In this document: one piece after another, positions 23,897-32,000 of the stretch
Position numbering within the stretch: position 1 is the stretch's first letter
How the letters are laid out: every line of letters starts with the position of its first letter
Origin: an archaeon
GTDB lineage: Archaea; Iainarchaeota; Iainarchaeia; Iainarchaeales; CSSED10-239
NCBI GenBank assembly: GCA_035400625.1
Contig: DAOMZT010000001.1
Coordinates: 210,001-242,000, forward strand
Length of the DNA stretch: 32,000 nucleotides
Direction of reading: 5' to 3'
Made by a program: the position numbers and the translations under genes
The notes under the pieces: model-generated
The model's input: the letters and a program-made list of their open reading frames with translations, nothing else
The model's database searches: none
What the model was told of the DNA's origin: nothing

Positions 23897-26890
23897 ATGG
23901 CTACTAACCAAATAATCAATAGAAATGAGGAGAAAATCCCATATAATATATTCAAAATAAAATTAGCTATTCTTAAGGCTCTTGATGCAATAGACAACCC
24001 AGATATTGATCTTGCTGATTATTTAACAAAGAAAGTTGATAGAATATTATCACAAGAATACTTTGAAAAAGAAAAGTTACCAACTATAGATAATATTCAA
24101 GATATTATAGAAGACGTTTTGATTAAAGAAGGCTTAACAAAATTAGTAAAAGCATATGTAATCTATAGAAAACAACATGATGATTTAAGACAAATGTCTA
24201 AATTAATAGACAGCATAAATGCGGTTGAAAGTTATATTAATATTTCTGATTGGCAAGTTAAAGAAAATAGCAATATGGACTATTCTCTTCAGGGCCTAAA
24301 TAATTACTTGTCCACAAAAGTAATTTCTGATTATTGGATAAAAAAAATATATCCTCCAGAGATTAAAGAAGCACATGAGAAAAGACAACTACATATTCAT
24401 GATCTAAATACTTTAGGTCCTTATTGTGTTGGTTGGGATCTTCAGTCTTTACTTCAAACAGGGTTTAGAGGAGGGCCTGGTAAAATTGTTGCTGCTCCTC
24501 CAAAGCATCTGGATACTGCTCTTGGGCAGATTGTAAATTTTATATATACATTACAAGGCGAAGCTGCAGGTGCCCAAGCATTTAGTAATTTTGATACTCT
24601 TCTTGCTCCATTTATTTATTATGATAAACTAGATTATAAGCAAACTAGAGCAGCCATAGAAAAATTTGTATATAACATGAATGTTCCAACAAGAGTGGGT
24701 TATCAATGCATGTCTGAAGATACAGAAATATTAACAGAAGAAGGTTGGAAAACACATGATGATATTAAGGTTGGAGACATAATTAAAACATTTAATATTA
24801 AAACAGGAAAGATAGAGGATTTGCCTATTAAAAAACTATTTGTTAGAGAATATTCTGGCAAAATGTATAATATAAAAAATAAAATACAAGATCAATTAAT
24901 TTCTCCAAATCACAGAATGGTAAGACAAACATCTAATTCAAAAAATAAATTTGTATTAGAAGAGGTAGAAAAAGTAATGGCCCTTAAATCGCCAATAATA
25001 CTGCCTATCGCGGCAGACACAAACTATAAAGGCATAGCTTGGAGTGATGAAAAAATTAAACTAGTTGCTTGGCTAATTGCAAGAGGGTGCTCTGAACAAC
25101 CACATCATAAAAATAAAAATTCAAGAAATATAAAAATATACCAATCAGAGATAAAAAACAATAAAGATAACAAAGAAATAAAAAATTTACTAAATCATTT
25201 TAATTTGAAATATTCAGAAAGTAAGCACAAAGCCCTGGGCATGTCAGTTAATTATTTTAAAATTAATGCAGAAGGCTCTAGGTTACTTCATTCTTGGTTT
25301 GATGATGAAAGTGATATTAAATTTATTCCTGTTGATTTATTCAAGGCAAATCAAAAACAAGCAAGATTGTTTTTAGAAACTTATAATAAAGTAGATGGCA
25401 CATCAGAGTTTAAGATATCTACAACTTCTGTTGATATGCTTTATGGCCTGCAGCACATGTGTGTTTTGGCAGGTTATGGTTTTACAACTTGTTTCAGAAA
25501 ACCAACAATTGGTAAGAAACCAATTTTTATTTTAAAAATAATTCAACATAAAGACACTACAATAACTTGTATTAAAGAAGTAAATTACAAAGGAAAAATC
25601 TGGTGTCCAAATACTGATAATGAAACAGTCATTGCAAAAAGAAATGGCAAGGTGTTTATTACAGGTAACACTCCATTTTCAAATATCACTTTAGACTTAA
25701 CAGTTCCTTCAACACTTAAAGATCAAGCAGTGATAATTGGCGGAAAGCCACAAGATAAAACATACGGAGAATTCCAAAAAGAAATGGATATCTTTAATGC
25801 TGCGTTACTTGATATATTTTATGAAGGAGATGCAGCAGGTAACATCTTTTCCTTCCCTATCCCAACAATAAATGTTACAAAAGATTTTGATTGGGATTCT
25901 CCTCTTTCTGATAAATTATTAGAACTTACAATAAAATATGGCACACCATACTTTGCAAACTTTGTTAATTCTGACATGAAACCAGAAGATGCAAGAAGTA
26001 TGTGTTGTAGGCTAAGGCTAGACAATAGAGAATTACAGAAAAGAGGAGGCGGTTTATTTGGCTCTAATCCTTTAACTGGTTCAATAGGTGTTGTTACAAT
26101 TAATCTTGCACAGATTGGGTATCTTGCAAAAACAGAAGAAGAATATTTTGAAAAACTAGGGTATTTAATGGATCTTTCTAAAAAATCTCTAGATATAAAA
26201 AGAAAGATTGTTGAAAAATATACAGATGATGGCTTGTATCCTTATTCAAAATTTAATTTAAAATTAATAAAAGACAGATTTGGAAGTTACTGGAAAAATC
26301 ATTTCTCAACAATTGGACTTCTTGGCATGAACGAGTCTTGTCTAAACTTTTTAGGCGAGCCAATAACAACTCCAAAAGGCAATGTTTTTGCTAATAAAGT
26401 TATGGATTTTATGAGAGAGAGGATACAGAAATACCAAGAAGAAACAGGCGCCCTTTATAATCTTGAAGCAACACCGGGAGAAGGAACAACGTATAGATTT
26501 GCAAGCCATGATAAAGCTAAGTTCCCTTCAATTATTGTTGCAAATGAAGAAAATGTGCAAAAAAATGGAGCACAGCCATACTACACAAACTCAACACAAG
26601 TTCCAGTAAATTATACAAATGATATTTTTGAAATATTAGAATTGCAAGATGAATTACAATGTAAATATACTGGCGGAACTGTGATTCATTTCTTTATAGG
26701 AGAAAAGAAACCATCAAAAGAGGCAATTAAGTCTTTGATTAAAAAAATAACTACAAATTACAAATTACCATATTTTACATTTACTCCGACATTCTCAATT
26801 TGCCCAAAACACGGCTATTTGTTTGGAGAACACGAATATTGTCCAAAATGTGATGCAGAAATTGGTTATTTGTCTAAATCAAAAAATTAA
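23897..26890 (+). CDS. nrdD: anaerobic ribonucleoside-triphosphate reductase NrdD (class III) large chain, with an N-terminal ATP-cone and an intein; lacks the glycyl-radical C-terminus
   Basis: The ATP-cone is INRNEEKIPYNIFKIKLAILKAL...YVIYRKQHD. The NrdD core includes HIHDL, GAQAFSNFDT, TPFSNITLD and FSFPIPT. The C-terminal zinc ribbon is FSICPKHGYLFGEHEYCPKCD. The ORF then ends in a tandem stop, TAA TAA (26888-26893), before any R-V-x-G-Y/F motif. Confidence 0.9.
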   Translation: MATNQIINRNEEKIPYNIFKIKLAILKALDAIDNPDIDLADYLTKKVDRILSQEYFEKEKLPTIDNIQDIIEDVLIKEGLTKLVKAYVIYRKQHDDLRQMSKLIDSINAVESYINISDWQVKENSNMDYSLQGLNNYLSTKVISDYWIKKIYPPEIKEAHEKRQLHIHDLNTLGPYCVGWDLQSLLQTGFRGGPGKIVAAPPKHLDTALGQIVNFIYTLQGEAAGAQAFSNFDTLLAPFIYYDKLDYKQTRAAIEKFVYNMNVPTRVGYQCMSEDTEILTEEGWKTHDDIKVGDIIKTFNIKTGKIEDLPIKKLFVREYSGKMYNIKNKIQDQLISPNHRMVRQTSNSKNKFVLEEVEKVMALKSPIILPIAADTNYKGIAWSDEKIKLVAWLIARGCSEQPHHKNKNSRNIKIYQSEIKNNKDNKEIKNLLNHFNLKYSESKHKALGMSVNYFKINAEGSRLLHSWFDDESDIKFIPVDLFKANQKQARLFLETYNKVDGTSEFKISTTSVDMLYGLQHMCVLAGYGFTTCFRKPTIGKKPIFILKIIQHKDTTITCIKEVNYKGKIWCPNTDNETVIAKRNGKVFITGNTPFSNITLDLTVPSTLKDQAVIIGGKPQDKTYGEFQKEMDIFNAALLDIFYEGDAAGNIFSFPIPTINVTKDFDWDSPLSDKLLELTIKYGTPYFANFVNSDMKPEDARSMCCRLRLDNRELQKRGGGLFGSNPLTGSIGVVTINLAQIGYLAKTEEEYFEKLGYLMDLSKKSLDIKRKIVEKYTDDGLYPYSKFNLKLIKDRFGSYWKNHFSTIGLLGMNESCLNFLGEPITTPKGNVFANKVMDFMRERIQKYQEETGALYNLEATPGEGTTYRFASHDKAKFPSIIVANEENVQKNGAQPYYTNSTQVPVNYTNDIFEILELQDELQCKYTGGTVIHFFIGEKKPSKEAIKSLIKKITTNYKLPYFTFTPTFSICPKHGYLFGEHEYCPKCDAEIGYLSKSKN
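24707..25669 (+). mobile_element. intein (321 codons) with a LAGLIDADG-type homing endonuclease domain, inserted in nrdD
   Basis: The host sequence VPTRVGYQ | TPFSNITLD is interrupted by CMSEDTEILTEEG (block A, Cys1) and ISPNHRMV (block B, T/S-x-x-H). KLVAWLIARGCSE and ARLFLETYNKVDGTS are the two LAGLIDADG-like motifs. The insert ends ...IWCPNTDNETVIAKRNGKVFITGN, and the +1 residue is Thr. The insert is in frame (963 nt). Confidence 0.85.
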
Positions 26891-26919
26891 TAAATAATAA
26901 CAATATATAATATAGTAGA

Positions 26920-26927
26920 AAGGGGGT
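26920..26927 (+). promoter_or_regulatory. Shine-Dalgarno-like ribosome binding site for the small glycyl-radical ORF
   Basis: The sequence is aAGGGGGt, with GGGGG at 26922-26926 lying 8 nt upstream of the ATG at 26935. This spacing is the same as at other genes in the window. Confidence 0.5.
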
Positions 26928-26934
26928 TATAAAA

Positions 26935-27084
26935 ATGGAAACAGGATTAGAAAGTAAAAGACAGAAATGCGAAGTATACTCTAGAGTAGTAGGCTTTGTA
27001 AGAAGAGTTGATGCTTGGAATTACGGCAAGCAAGCAGAATTTAAAGACAGGAAATTATTCAAGGTAGAGGAAAATAACTGTTAA
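26935..27084 (+). CDS. 49-aa stand-alone glycyl-radical module corresponding to the NrdD C-terminus
   Basis: My own translation is METGLESKRQKCEVYSRVVGFVRRVDAWNYGKQAEFKDRKLFKVEENNC*. SRVVGF followed by W-N-x-G-K-x-x-E-F-x-D-R matches the NrdD glycyl-radical signature (R-V-x-G-Y ... WN-x-GK-x-x-E). The candidate radical Gly codon is at 26992-26994. The ORF is in a different frame from nrdD and is absent from the ORF track because it is under 60 aa. Confidence 0.8.
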   Translation: METGLESKRQKCEVYSRVVGFVRRVDAWNYGKQAEFKDRKLFKVEENNC

Positions 27085-27101
27085 AAGTAATTGCAACTAA
27101 C

Positions 27102-27770
27102 ATGTCACTAAAAATCAGCGGCCTTGAAAAATTAAGCACTATCGATTATCCAGATAAGCTTGCTTGTGTAATTTTTTTAAAAGGCTGTAATTTCTCCTGT
27201 GGTTTTTGTTATAACAAAGAACTGGTAGTTCCTGAGTTTTTTAATACTCGCAAAGACATGCTAGAAAGTGAAATACATTATTTCTTGGACAGGCGAAAAG
27301 GCCAACTCGAAGCAGTTGTATTAACAGGAGGAGAACCAACCATTTACGGTCAGGAACTAATAGATTTTATTAAAAAAATAAAAGAGAAAGGTTACCTTGT
27401 TAAGCTAGACACGAACGGTTCAAATCCAGAGGTTCTTGAAAAGATTGTTTCTCAAAACCTAGTTGATTATATAGCCATGGATTTAAAAGATGATTTTGAT
27501 AATTATTCTGAATATACAGCAGTTCCTGTAGAAAATATAAAACGCTCGTTTGAGATTGTAAAAAACGCAAAAACCCCTCACGAGTTTAGAATAACAACCC
27601 ACCCTGACTTGACATTAAGTGCTTTTAATAAATTAGTAGATTTGGCAAAAGGACACAAAATCTATGTCCAAGAATTCGTGAATGAGAACACAATCAAATC
27701 TTATAAAAACTATAAAACAATATATAGTAAATTATCAAAAAGCGATTCTCGCTATATTTTAAGAGATTAA
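27102..27770 (+). CDS. nrdG: anaerobic ribonucleotide reductase activating protein NrdG (radical SAM activase)
   Basis: The CX3CX2C cluster is GCNFSCGFCYN. The SAM-binding motif LTGGEPT and VKLDTNGSNP are present. The gene lies immediately downstream of the nrdD pieces. Confidence 0.88.
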   Translation: MSLKISGLEKLSTIDYPDKLACVIFLKGCNFSCGFCYNKELVVPEFFNTRKDMLESEIHYFLDRRKGQLEAVVLTGGEPTIYGQELIDFIKKIKEKGYLVKLDTNGSNPEVLEKIVSQNLVDYIAMDLKDDFDNYSEYTAVPVENIKRSFEIVKNAKTPHEFRITTHPDLTLSAFNKLVDLAKGHKIYVQEFVNENTIKSYKNYKTIYSKLSKSDSRYILRD

Positions 27771-27784
27771 AAAAGGTAGAAAAC

Positions 27785-29836
27785 ATGGCGTTTGTAACAA
27801 CAATCACACACAAAAACGGAGAAACCGAAGAGTTCTCTAAAGAAAAGATTGCAATATCTTTATTTGAGATAATGTGTAATGTTGGCGAACCAAATCTAAC
27901 ATTAGCAGAAAAATTAGCTTTTTTGATTTGTGACAAAGTAAATGCAAAGTTTTCTAAAGAGATACCGATAGCCAAACTTGATGAGTTGATAAAAGACACG
28001 CTGTTAAAAGAAAATCAAACAGACCTTTTACAAGCATATATCCTTAGAAAGGCAAAACCAGAAACTCAATTCATAGATACAGAACTAAAAGACAAGGTTC
28101 TAAAAAGCATATTAAACCTAAACGATACAGATAATGTTTCTACAAAACTAATATCAATTAATTCAGAAATTAATAAATTACAAAAAAATCAATTTGAAAA
28201 ACTCAATAAGAAAATATTTGATTATATTAGGGAAGGGACCTTTTACCCAAGCTCTACTCTATTAAGAGAAATTGGTTTAAACCAACATATTTCTTCTAGT
28301 TTTTGTTTTAAGCTTGAAGACACACTAGAAAGCATATTTGATACTCTTGCTCTAGCAAGCAAAGTTCAAAAATATGGCGCATCTGTTTCTGTTGATTTAT
28401 CAAATATTCGTTCAGAAAAAGAAAAAGTAAAATCAATTAACAGAAATGCTTGCGGGCCAGTAAGGATAATTAATCTTTTTGTTTCTGCTAAATCCCTTGT
28501 AGGCTATAGCACAAACACTGCAAACAACCTTTTCTATATCTCTATAGAACATCCTGATTTAGTCTCTTTCCTAAATTTTTCAGCAAACAATGTCACAGAT
28601 AACTTTGCAATATTAGTTCCTGACAGGTTTATGCAAGCCTTAGAAAATAATCAAGAATATACTATAAGCACACACACCACAGAGAACAGAAAGATCCAGC
28701 CATTAACTTTATTTGATTTGGTTTCTTCTAAGATTGTTACTGGTGAGAAAATAAATCTAATCTTTCCAGATACAATAAACAAAAAAAATCCATTTACAAA
28801 CAATTATAAAAAATACTTAATTTCTCCAGTAGGCTTTCAGCCTTGTTTTGAAGATTGCTCTTTTGTGACTGGAACAATAGATGTTTCTAAACTAGTAAAT
28901 GTTACTGGCAAAACAAAAGTATTTGATTGGGCAAAATTAAAAACAATAATCTGGGATTCTCTAGAGTTTTTAGATAATTCAATAGACCTCTCAAAGCAAG
29001 TAAATGAAGATTATTCTAAAAATCTAAAAGAAACAAGACAAATCTATCTTTCAATAACAGGATATTCAACTTTGCTCTCAAGGCTAGGCATTCCATATGA
29101 TAGCGATGATGCAATTTATTTTGCAGATTCCTTATCTGACTACATTTCATATTATACAAAGCTTCGTTCAACAGAGCTTGCAAAAGACAGAGGGCCTTTC
29201 TTTAAGTTTATAAAAAGCAAATACGAGCTATCAAATTTCAAGTTTGAAAAAACACCTATACAAAAGACCCTTTTCTCAACAGACCTAACACAAAGTAAAA
29301 AGCTAAACAAAAACATGCCAACAATAGACTGGGTAGAGCTTAGAAACAACATAAAGAAATACGGTTTAAGAAACTCAACAACCTTTTCAATAATCTTTTC
29401 TGATTTCTATTCTATAGCAAATGAAACAAGCAATGCCCTTGATCCTATTTTAAGCTATAAACCGGTATACTGGATAAACGGCTATAAATCTGAAAAGTTA
29501 AATAAAGAATTATCTTTACAAATCCCTGATTTAAATCCTAACTGGTCAATAGAAGAGCTAGAATCGTCTGTTCCTGAAAACACGAAATCTAAATTTCCTT
29601 TAGCAAAAAACATCTCTCCTAGTTTCTTTGTAAGATTACAATCAGTATTTGAGAAGAACACAGATGGTGTAGTTAATTCAAAGATTTATTTTACAGAAAA
29701 CCTTTCTGTTCAAGAGCTTAAAGATCTAATTATAGAAAGCCACAAGATCGGCAACACTTGTTTCTTGCCAGAAAAGCTAAATCATAAAATAAAAGATTTC
29801 AATTCTGAGAACAGAAAAGGATTAATGAGTTTATAA
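27785..29836 (+). CDS. class II (NrdJ)-like ribonucleotide reductase paralogue with an ATP-cone and substituted catalytic motifs (probable pseudoenzyme)
   Basis: The ATP-cone is ITHKNGETEEFSKEKIAISL...YILRKAK. The RNR core is collinear with class I/II motifs but degenerate: FYPSSTLL (F-x-P-N-S-P-T-L), SSFCFKLEDTLESIF (SCF-x-L-x-x-E-D-S-M-E-S-I-F), GASVSVDLSNIR (GGG-x-G-x-x-F-S-x-LR), ACGPV (ASGPV), NTAN (RRGA), HPDLVSFL, ISPVGF (T-N-P-C-G-E), GLRNSTTFSIIFSDF (G-x-RN-x-x-x-T-x-A-P-T-G-T) and SNALDP (SSGIEP). Confidence 0.75.
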   Translation: MAFVTTITHKNGETEEFSKEKIAISLFEIMCNVGEPNLTLAEKLAFLICDKVNAKFSKEIPIAKLDELIKDTLLKENQTDLLQAYILRKAKPETQFIDTELKDKVLKSILNLNDTDNVSTKLISINSEINKLQKNQFEKLNKKIFDYIREGTFYPSSTLLREIGLNQHISSSFCFKLEDTLESIFDTLALASKVQKYGASVSVDLSNIRSEKEKVKSINRNACGPVRIINLFVSAKSLVGYSTNTANNLFYISIEHPDLVSFLNFSANNVTDNFAILVPDRFMQALENNQEYTISTHTTENRKIQPLTLFDLVSSKIVTGEKINLIFPDTINKKNPFTNNYKKYLISPVGFQPCFEDCSFVTGTIDVSKLVNVTGKTKVFDWAKLKTIIWDSLEFLDNSIDLSKQVNEDYSKNLKETRQIYLSITGYSTLLSRLGIPYDSDDAIYFADSLSDYISYYTKLRSTELAKDRGPFFKFIKSKYELSNFKFEKTPIQKTLFSTDLTQSKKLNKNMPTIDWVELRNNIKKYGLRNSTTFSIIFSDFYSIANETSNALDPILSYKPVYWINGYKSEKLNKELSLQIPDLNPNWSIEELESSVPENTKSKFPLAKNISPSFFVRLQSVFEKNTDGVVNSKIYFTENLSVQELKDLIIESHKIGNTCFLPEKLNHKIKDFNSENRKGLMSL

Positions 29837-29855
29837 CAAATAATGTGTGACAATC

Positions 29856-30134
29856 ATGGCAAATCAGGAAGAACAAATTGAAAAAATAAAAAAGGTAAAG
29901 CCTTTTTTTGAGCAACTGACTTTTTTCTTTCTGTTTCTGATTATCTTTATTAGTTACGATGTTTATTTTACGCTCTCTCCAATTACAAAATACACTCTTA
30001 CAGTATTTTTCATGGGCTGGTCAATAAGTCTAATAATCCAAGAGCTATATGTTTTTGGTATCTTAAAACCAGTGCTTCTTGGCAAACGATGGGAGCTCTT
30101 TGTTCAAAATAGCTTTAAAAGAAAAAAGAAATAG
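29856..30134 (+). CDS. small membrane protein (2 predicted helices), hypothetical
   Basis: MANQEEQIEKIKK is followed by two hydrophobic stretches (LTFFFLFLIIFISYDVYF, LTVFFMGWSISLIIQELYVFGIL) and a basic tail. The start is taken at the ATG at 29856; the track start at 29847 is a GTG. Confidence 0.5.
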   Translation: MANQEEQIEKIKKVKPFFEQLTFFFLFLIIFISYDVYFTLSPITKYTLTVFFMGWSISLIIQELYVFGILKPVLLGKRWELFVQNSFKRKKK

Positions 30135-30138
30135 TAAT

Positions 30139-32000
30139 TTACCTAATTGCATAATCTTTTTCTTCTTTTTTTGGCCTTTCTTTCTTTGACTTGAATTTGT
30201 CTATTGCTTTAATAAACGCATCTCTTGTCACTACTGGTCTTTTGTTATCTAGTTTGTTATCTTTTTCTATATCTTCAATAATCATTCTGATCTTGGATAG
30301 GCCAGCCTCTCTACAAACAGCTTCTATCTCTGCCCCCGAGAAATCTTCTGTTAATGCTGCAAGCTCTCTTGGCACAACTTTTTTATCAACATTCATTTTT
30401 GAAATATGTACTTCAAAGATTTTTTCTCTTGTTTTTTCATCAGGCATTGGAACCAAAAGAAGCTTTTCAAATCTTCCAGGTCTTAAAAATGCAGGATCAA
30501 TCAAGTCTGGTCGGTTGGTTGCACCCATAATAACTATGTCTTTAAGATTTGATACTCCATCCATTTCTGTTAACAATTGTGCAACTACATTGTTTCTAAC
30601 ATCATTTGTCTCAAGTCCTGTTCTTCCAGAAGTTATGGAATCAATCTCATCAATAAAAATGATGCTTGGCGCAAGTTGTCTTGCTTTCTTAAAAATATCT
30701 CTTATCTTTCTTTCTGATTCTCCAACCCATTTATTAAATATCTCTGGGCCTTTTATTGAAATAAAGTTGGCTTTTGTTTCAGTAGCAATTGCTTTTGCAA
30801 GCAGAGTCTTTCCTGTTCCTGGTGGTCCATAAAGCAACACTCCACGAGGAGGTGTTATTCCGACCTTTTCAAACAACAATTTATGTTTCATTGGCCATTC
30901 AATCATTTCTTTTAGTTCTTGTTTAATCTCTGTAAGCCCCCCTACATCCTCCCATCTTGTGTTAGGGATTTGCACCATTATCTCTCTAATGGCTGATGGC
31001 TCAACAACATTAAGTGCGTCCAAGAAATCCTGTCTTGTAATCACTAATTCATCCATTATCTCTTTAGATAGTTCTGTACCTGTTTCTTTGTTAATCTTAG
31101 GCATTAGCCTTTTTAATGCCTTTAGTGCCGCTTCTTTACAGAGAGCAGAAACATCTGCTCCAGAAAAGCCATTTGTCAGTTCTACCAACTCGTCAATTTT
31201 TACATCATCAATTAATGGCATGCCTCTAGTATGTACTAAAAATATTTCTCTTCTTGCTTCTTTACTTGGAATATTAATTTCTATTTCTCTATCAAATCTT
31301 CCTGGCCTTCTTAAGGCTGGATCAATTGAATCAGGGATGTTTGTCGCACCAATAACAACCACATTTCCCCTTGTCTTTAGCCCATCCATTAATGTAAGTA
31401 ATTGAGCAACAATTCTTTTTTCAGTTTCTCCATGTATGTGTTCTCTTTTTGGTGCAATAGAATCTATCTCATCAATAAAGATAATTGCATTCTCTTGTTT
31501 TCCTGCTTCTTCAAATATGTTTCTTAGGTTCTCTTCTGATTTACCATATACTCCGCTAACAATCTCTGGTCCATTAATTATTGTAAAATAAGAATCAGTC
31601 TCAGAAGCTACTGCTTTTGCAAGCAAGGTCTTTCCTGTTCCTGGAGGGCCATGCAGTAATATCCCTTTAGGCGGGGTTATCCCTAGTTTCTTAAATATCT
31701 CTGGTCTTCTAATCGGTAATTCAACCATTTCTCTAATACTTTCTATTTCTTTTTTAAGTCCGCCAATATCATCATAGGTTATTCCATATTTACTTGTTTC
31801 AATTGGCTTTTCAGAGATTGTCAATTTGGTGTTAGCAGTAATCTTTACTGCTCCTTTTGGCAAGGTTTTTGTAACTGTCAAAGAAAGGTCTCTTGATTCT
31901 TCGTTGATAAATATTTTAATGCCTCTGATTATTACCACATTTCCTTCTAGTATGTTCTTGTTAACAATCCTGTCATGAATATAGCTAATAATGTCGTTTC
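30139..32000 (-). CDS. cdc48: Cdc48/VCP-like AAA+ ATPase (two AAA domains); the N-terminal domain continues beyond the window end
   Basis: There are two Walker A motifs (GPPGTGKT twice) and two Walker B motifs ([18 protein letters not shown]-like). SRH regions are present ([44 protein letters not shown]). The reading frame stays open upstream of the track start (a GTG at 31938) through ...[20 protein letters not shown] to position 32000. Confidence 0.92.
   Translation of the reverse strand, partial: NDIISYIHDRIVNKNILEGNVVIIRGIKIFINEESRDLSLTVTKTLPKGAVKITANTKLTISEKPIETSKYGITYDDIGGLKKEIESIREMVELPIRRPEIFKKLGITPPKGILLHGPPGTGKTLLAKAVASETDSYFTIINGPEIVSGVYGKSEENLRNIFEEAGKQENAIIFIDEIDSIAPKREHIHGETEKRIVAQLLTLMDGLKTRGNVVVIGATNIPDSIDPALRRPGRFDREIEINIPSKEARREIFLVHTRGMPLIDDVKIDELVELTNGFSGADVSALCKEAALKALKRLMPKINKETGTELSKEIMDELVITRQDFLDALNVVEPSAIREIMVQIPNTRWEDVGGLTEIKQELKEMIEWPMKHKLLFEKVGITPPRGVLLYGPPGTGKTLLAKAIATETKANFISIKGPEIFNKWVGESERKIRDIFKKARQLAPSIIFIDEIDSITSGRTGLETNDVRNNVVAQLLTEMDGVSNLKDIVIMGATNRPDLIDPAFLRPGRFEKLLLVPMPDEKTREKIFEVHISKMNVDKKVVPRELAALTEDFSGAEIEAVCREAGLSKIRMIIEDIEKDNKLDNKRPVVTRDAFIKAIDKFKSKKERPKKEEKDYAIR

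Overview
This is a visibly AT-rich, gene-dense archaeal chromosome segment. Archaeal informational genes are present: aEF-1alpha, TFE, Elp3, aTrm56, Taw3 and Cdc48. GGAGG/GGGGG Shine-Dalgarno-like motifs precede many starts, and TAA, TAG and TGA all terminate genes here. Large lineage-specific surface proteins suggest a DPANN-like or similar small-genome archaeon, but that is only a guess. All calls come from reading the translations against remembered family motifs; no searches were run.

Main content, left to right:
- aEF-1alpha (partial), a membrane coiled-coil protein, an NFACT-N protein, a PRC-barrel protein, a DUF373-like membrane protein, an SPFH/stomatin protein, Taw3, a secreted protein and Elp3.
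- A small wHTH gene plus a small Rossmann/CARF-like gene, then a 1174-aa lipobox protein and a 390-aa secreted protein.
- A bacterial-type mutS-mutL operon preceded by three tRNAs (Lys-UUU, Lys-CUU, Phe-GAA).
- aTrm56, TFE and an initiator tRNA-Met.
- An approx. 3.5 kb block holding dense repeat arrays, an N/Q-rich wHTH-like protein, a hypothetical protein, a second PRC-barrel protein and a XerA-like tyrosine recombinase.
- A ribonucleotide reductase locus, a small membrane protein and Cdc48 (partial).

Most interesting observations:
1. The RNR locus is unusual in three independent ways. nrdD carries a 321-codon intein. The NrdD glycyl-radical motif sits in a separate 49-codon gene that is not in the ORF track, lying behind a tandem stop with its own RBS. 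Downstream of nrdG is a full-length class II-like RNR paralogue in which the N-x-C-x-E catalytic motif and other conserved motifs are substituted.
2. An array of the palindrome GTAATTAC plus approx. 30-bp iteron-like repeats lies between the initiator tRNA and an N/Q-rich wHTH-like gene. Related copies occur inside aTrm56 and inside the recombinase gene.
3. mutS is interrupted by one in-frame TAA between Walker A and Walker B.
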